Origin: an uncultured Thermococci archaeon
Lineage (GTDB): Archaea; Methanobacteriota_B; Thermococci; Thermococcales; Thermococcaceae
Length of the DNA: 10,272 nucleotides
NCBI GenBank assembly: GCA_964615185.1
Contig: CAZTOS010000038.1
Location: 10,837 to 21,108 of the forward strand
Direction: 5' to 3'
Both the position numbers and the translations under genes were made by a program. The notes below the pieces were generated by a model that made no database searches, was not told where the DNA came from, and saw only the letters and a program-made list of their open reading frames with translations. Positions 7,341-10,272 of this stretch are shown piece by piece (position 1 is the stretch's first letter; each line of letters opens with the position of its first letter).

Positions 7341-7568
7341 GAGAGCCTTGGGGTGGGGATGCAGAGAGTCAGTGTAATGATATTAAAGAGGCCACCATGC
7401 CTCTCAAAAAGGTTTCACATTACTTTCTGCTCTCGGAGGGTTGATGCTGTAAAGCGTCCTTTCAAGACCGCTCTTAAGTAGTTGAAACTCTTGAGGTGGT
7501 CTCTGGGCGAGGTGATAAACCCGCAAACCTTCTCGCCAATGGTGAGTCGCTGAAACCCTCGCAGTCAG
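7341..7568 (+). mobile_element. Degenerate non-autonomous IS200/IS605-family remnant (left-end-like motif, structured RNA, right-end-like motif; no tnpA/tnpB)
   Basis: GAGAGCCTTGGGGTGGGGATGC (7341-7362) and GAAACCCTCGCAGTCAG (7552-7568) resemble, from recall, archaeal IS605 ends (..GCCTCGCCC.TTAGGGCGGGGATGC and AACCCTCGCCCTT.AGGGCGGGGAGGAGGTCAG), each with the subterminal hairpin collapsed. Confidence 0.45.
7427..7568 (+). ncRNA. Structured RNA, HgcC-like / TnpB omegaRNA (reRNA) scaffold candidate
   Basis: Closing stem GAGGGTT 7436-7442 / AACCCTC 7554-7560, extended by CTGC 7427-7430 / GCAG 7561-7564. Hairpin GATGCT-GTAA-AGCGTC with a GNRA loop (7443-7458). Long hairpin 7465-7502. Hairpin GGCGAG/CTCGCC 7506-7537 enclosing ATAAACCCGCAAACC. 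G-U wobbles and the GNRA loop favour the + strand. The element ends in TCAG. Confidence 0.65.
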
Positions 7569-7594
7569 TTCCTTCACTCTTAACATCGACAATA

Positions 7595-7616
7595 CCCACT
7601 AAAAATGGCAGGTGGG
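7595..7616 (-). terminator. Possible terminator after dmpI
   Basis: A short imperfect stem (CCCAC/GTGGG) with a T-run on the minus strand lies immediately after the dmpI stop at 7618. Confidence 0.3.
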
Positions 7617-7617
7617 A

Positions 7618-7812
7618 TTAATTTTCTTTCCTCATTTTTCTGTCCAGCAGAAGCTTCCCATTAATACCCACGTTCTCGGGTGGGTTCTCCTTTATAAGAA
7701 CGGTTATGTGTTCTATCCCGTAAACCTCTGATGCCACCTCGGTAAGCCTTTTCACGAGCTCCCTTTTCTTCTCAACACTAATTGGCGGGCCTTCAACAAT
7801 TATGGTCGGCAT
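7618..7812 (-). CDS. dmpI: 4-oxalocrotonate tautomerase family protein (DmpI-type)
   Basis: Catalytic Pro-1 after Met removal; KKRELVKRLTEVASEVYG and ITVLIKE.PPENVG..G beta-alpha-beta pattern; GAGGTGA RBS. Confidence 0.9.
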   Translation of the reverse strand: MPTIIVEGPPISVEKKRELVKRLTEVASEVYGIEHITVLIKENPPENVGINGKLLLDRKMRKEN

Positions 7813-7850
7813 TTCATCACCTCACTTGAAATGGGTTAAAAGTGTATAAA

Positions 7851-8255
7851 TCACAGGAGAGCAGAGAGGAGTTTCATTAACTCTACCTTATCCCTAATTT
7901 CGACGTTATTCATTCCAAGAATGCCGGGATTTGCCTTAAAGCCCATTATCATAACATCTCTACCCTGATACTTGATGGTGAGTGTTTTTCTCTCTTCGCT
8001 TAGCTTTTCTCCAACCTCTCCTATAAGTCTCATGACGTCCGGGATGCTTTTTACAGTCTTTGTAGGGCCGCTTTCCATGCCTTTCCATGATGCCTTTGCA
8101 AGCCTACTTATCTCCTCCGGGCTTGATACATCCACGATTACCTCATCTCTGCCTATTGCAATGAAATTGCCTCCAACTTTTATCTCAAGTGAGCCCTCTG
8201 CTATTAAGCTCTGAAGCTTGAGAAGCACTTCTACAAGGGTTTTCGCATTCACCAT
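7851..8255 (-). CDS. Hypothetical protein (~134 aa)
   Basis: Clean ORF in an operon context with a GGTGA RBS before ATG 8255; ATG 8264 is the alternative. No motif recognised. Confidence 0.75.
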   Translation of the reverse strand: MVNAKTLVEVLLKLQSLIAEGSLEIKVGGNFIAIGRDEVIVDVSSPEEISRLAKASWKGMESGPTKTVKSIPDVMRLIGEVGEKLSEERKTLTIKYQGRDVMIMGFKANPGILGMNNVEIRDKVELMKLLSALL

Positions 8256-8285
8256 TATCACCATAAAAATAAAATAAGGGAGAAA

Positions 8286-8483
8286 TCACTCCTTCTTTAG
8301 TGGAGCAAATTTTATTATAACCTCTCCATCCAAGGTCAACTTGTCAAACTTGATGTGAAGCTCTGGCACCTGCTTCTTTAATTCCTCAAGTGCCTCCACG
8401 GCCTTCTCCAGCTTCTCAAGGGTTGCCTTATCTACGGCAATTCTTACTTCTCCTTCTTCCTTCTCAATCTCCACCTTCGGCAT
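8286..8483 (-). CDS. Small hypothetical protein (~65 aa)
   Basis: A strong GGAGGTG RBS precedes ATG 8483 (MPKVEIEKEEGEVRIAVD...), and the ORF is closely spaced between operon genes. Confidence 0.75.
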   Translation of the reverse strand: MPKVEIEKEEGEVRIAVDKATLEKLEKAVEALEELKKQVPELHIKFDKLTLDGEVIIKFAPLKKE

Positions 8484-8500
8484 GGCCAACACCTCCTTTT

Positions 8501-10111
8501 CTAATACGCTTCAATTAACGATGGAGCTGGATACCATTTATGCCCATCCACATCGATTCTAACATCCAAAGGCTCGAGCCTTTTATCTGGATTAAATCCA
8601 TGCTTGATTCCCCATTTTCTCAAATGCCCAACTACCAGGCGCGCTCCAAGCCTTGCCAGCGGATAGAATGGAATCAGGAACAGGTTATTCCGCATGACCA
8701 TAGGCAAGCCACTAATCACTTCCTTATATAAGTGCCTCCATGCGTGGTACAGGTGGAGGAATTGTCCGTATGTTATCATCTCGTCTATGCGGTAAAACTC
8801 CTGATCCTTAAGCAGGCCCATTGGAACAAAAGCTAACGGTGTTACCGTGAAGTGAGCCTTGTTTCCAAGCTTCTCCTCAAGCTCCTTCTCCATCGTCACT
8901 ATGAGTTGAGCAGTCATAATCTCGTCCTCCTCAGTCTCCCCTGGAAGTCCGAGTATTGTTGTGTAAGCTGGGAACCAGTAGTTCTTGTTGAGAACATAAG
9001 TGCCGTTCAGCAGAACCCACGGCCACTCCTCGGGCGAGAAGGGCTTCATCTTGTTGTTCATGTACTTTCCAATGAGTTCTGGTGAGGCTGTCTCGAAGCC
9101 AACTTGAATTCCAATCCAGTGGTTGGGGCCTGCTTCTACTATGCGGGAGATTTCCTCTATCATGCCAGGGTTCGCCAGTGCTCCAGCTACAGCCCCGTGG
9201 GTCGGGTTTACGTTCTTGGTGTAGCCCCTGGCCATCTCGAACAACTCAACTACTGCTTCAGCGTTCGGATAGAAGTTCTTCTTGTCCTCGACCTTGTAGA
9301 GGAAGATGTCCTCGCTGTGGAGCCAAGCGTGATCTATTCCCGCCCTCACGTTGAGCCTTATCTCCTCTTCAATTTTCTCGAGAGGAATGTAACGGGCCAC
9401 TCTTAAGTTGGGCTCGCAGAAGCGGCACCCCCTCCCGCAACCACGCATTACCTCGACGAGGCCCTTGTAAGAGGGCGCCACTATCGTGGGTATCTGCTCG
9501 ACCCTTGGCCAGCCTTTTATAGATATTGTCTCATCAGCATTGCCACTCTCTATGTCCCTGAAGAGTTCTCCAGCGACGTGATCAACCTCGCCTATGACGA
9601 CGTGGTCAATTTTAAGCTTTTCTCTCTCTTCTCTCTTGAACTCAAGTTGCCAGGCTCCTGGACCTCCAACGACGAGCTTGAAGTTCAGTCCTTTGGCGTC
9701 CCTGATGTGGTTTATCCGCTCGACGAGCTCCCTGAACTTAACGCTCGTGTAGTTCTTCCACTGACCGCCGTTGGTGAACATCATACTGACAGGGCCAAGG
9801 CCAAGGGGATCCATCTCGTAGAGCGCCACTATGGTAGTGTCATTGCCGATAAACTTCCCGATTTTGCGCGGATGTGCAACGACGATTTCCTCCCTCCTGA
9901 ATCCCTGAGCAAGCAGTGCAGCCTCAATCTTCCTGAGTCCGTAGGGGGCCTGTGTTAAAACGCCGTTCTCGTCTGGAAGCTGGCTGTCGAGGAGACTGAA
10001 GACCCACTTGGGGAGCTTGTCATAGGGGGCACAGCCCAGAAAATCCAACAAAGGAACATCATGATAGGTGCTCGTTAGCGTCTCATCGGTGCTCAGTACG
10101 ATCCTTGCCAT
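8501..10111 (-). CDS. Radical SAM enzyme with N-terminal B12-binding-like domain (COG1032-like archaeal clade)
   Basis: CxxxCxxC motif EVMRGCGRGCRFC; APYGLRKIEAAL, VVGGPGAWQL, VIGE, GFETAS and ILGLPGETEED motifs. The probable start is ATG 10111 behind AGGTGA; ATG 10126 is the alternative. Confidence 0.92.
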   Translation of the reverse strand: MARIVLSTDETLTSTYHDVPLLDFLGCAPYDKLPKWVFSLLDSQLPDENGVLTQAPYGLRKIEAALLAQGFRREEIVVAHPRKIGKFIGNDTTIVALYEMDPLGLGPVSMMFTNGGQWKNYTSVKFRELVERINHIRDAKGLNFKLVVGGPGAWQLEFKREEREKLKIDHVVIGEVDHVAGELFRDIESGNADETISIKGWPRVEQIPTIVAPSYKGLVEVMRGCGRGCRFCEPNLRVARYIPLEKIEEEIRLNVRAGIDHAWLHSEDIFLYKVEDKKNFYPNAEAVVELFEMARGYTKNVNPTHGAVAGALANPGMIEEISRIVEAGPNHWIGIQVGFETASPELIGKYMNNKMKPFSPEEWPWVLLNGTYVLNKNYWFPAYTTILGLPGETEEDEIMTAQLIVTMEKELEEKLGNKAHFTVTPLAFVPMGLLKDQEFYRIDEMITYGQFLHLYHAWRHLYKEVISGLPMVMRNNLFLIPFYPLARLGARLVVGHLRKWGIKHGFNPDKRLEPLDVRIDVDGHKWYPAPSLIEAY

Positions 10112-10128
10112 ACTTCTCACCTTCATAC

Positions 10129-10162
10129 ATATGTAAAAAAATTTGCATATTTAAGCTTATCG
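10129..10162 (-). promoter_or_regulatory. BRE/TATA promoter with downstream inverted repeat for the radical SAM operon
   Basis: The minus strand reads CGATAAG-CTTAAATA (10162-10148). The inverted repeat ATATGTAAA-N4-TTTGCATAT (10129-10150, 1 mismatch) lies between the TATA box and the expected start site. Confidence 0.55.
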
Positions 10163-10180
10163 CATTGCTCTCCTATGTTT

Positions 10181-10200
10181 ATAATTTCACATAATTTCAC
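10181..10200. repeat. Perfect 10-bp tandem repeat ATAATTTCAC x2
   Basis: Directly visible, about 20-40 nt upstream of the radical SAM promoter. Confidence 0.8.
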
Positions 10201-10272
10201 GCTTTTCTAATTCCTCGAGGAGGTTTTTACGATAAATCAGACGTCATCCTCGTCCTTAGCAGCTCTATTGCC

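Noticed and set aside
7427..7568. tRNA, SRP RNA or riboswitch interpretation of the structured region
   Set aside because: No TTCGA T-loop or cloverleaf dimensions and too short for archaeal SRP RNA. It is on the opposite strand to the flanking genes, so it is not a 5' leader.
7404..7592. 62-aa minus-strand ORF MSMLRVKELTARVS...
   Set aside because: It runs antisense through the structured RNA/IS remnant and has no recognisable protein features beyond its first few codons.
1394..9958. Numerous plus-strand ORFs antisense to called genes (e.g. 2349-2750, 5723-6049, 7972-8214, 9578-9958)
   Set aside because: They are antisense shadows with Ser/Phe-rich composition that overlap well-supported CDSs.
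10227..10272. Possible 3' end of a minus-strand gene (AIELLRTRMTSDLS*)
   Set aside because: Too short, and the frame is ambiguous at the window edge.

Overview
Archaeal chromosomal DNA, most likely Thermococcales, judged from the GGTGA/GGAGG ribosome-binding sites, BRE/TATA promoters, carS, the moaD-ubaA pair and PIN toxin-antitoxin genes. From left to right: (1) the 5' 200 codons of a class I SAM methyltransferase running off the left edge, missed by the ORF track; (2) a short nonsense-riddled relic resembling an NAD-dependent epimerase C-terminus; (3) a two-gene operon encoding a secreted, C-terminally anchored surface protein with an internal domain duplication and a membrane-tethered wHTH regulator, preceded by a palindromic operator-like site; (4) a Thr-rich lipoprotein with many N-glycosylation sequons; (5) a minus-strand core cluster of a stand-alone Lrp/AsnC RAM domain, a GbsR/MarR regulator, carS, MoaD/SAMP and ThiF/MoeB/UbaA, with a VapBC-type module between the Ubl and its E1; (6) an unannotated ~140-nt highly structured + strand RNA at 7427-7568 that looks like an HgcC-type / IS200-IS605 TnpB omega(re)RNA, flanked by eroded IS605-like ends and with no tnpB in the window; and (7) a GC-richer four-gene operon of a radical SAM enzyme with a B12-binding-like domain, two small hypothetical proteins and a DmpI tautomerase. 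The most interesting candidates are the orphan omegaRNA-like element with its putative guide and the radical SAM operon lying near a lipid-biosynthesis gene. Family assignments rest on motif recognition and recall, not on database searches.
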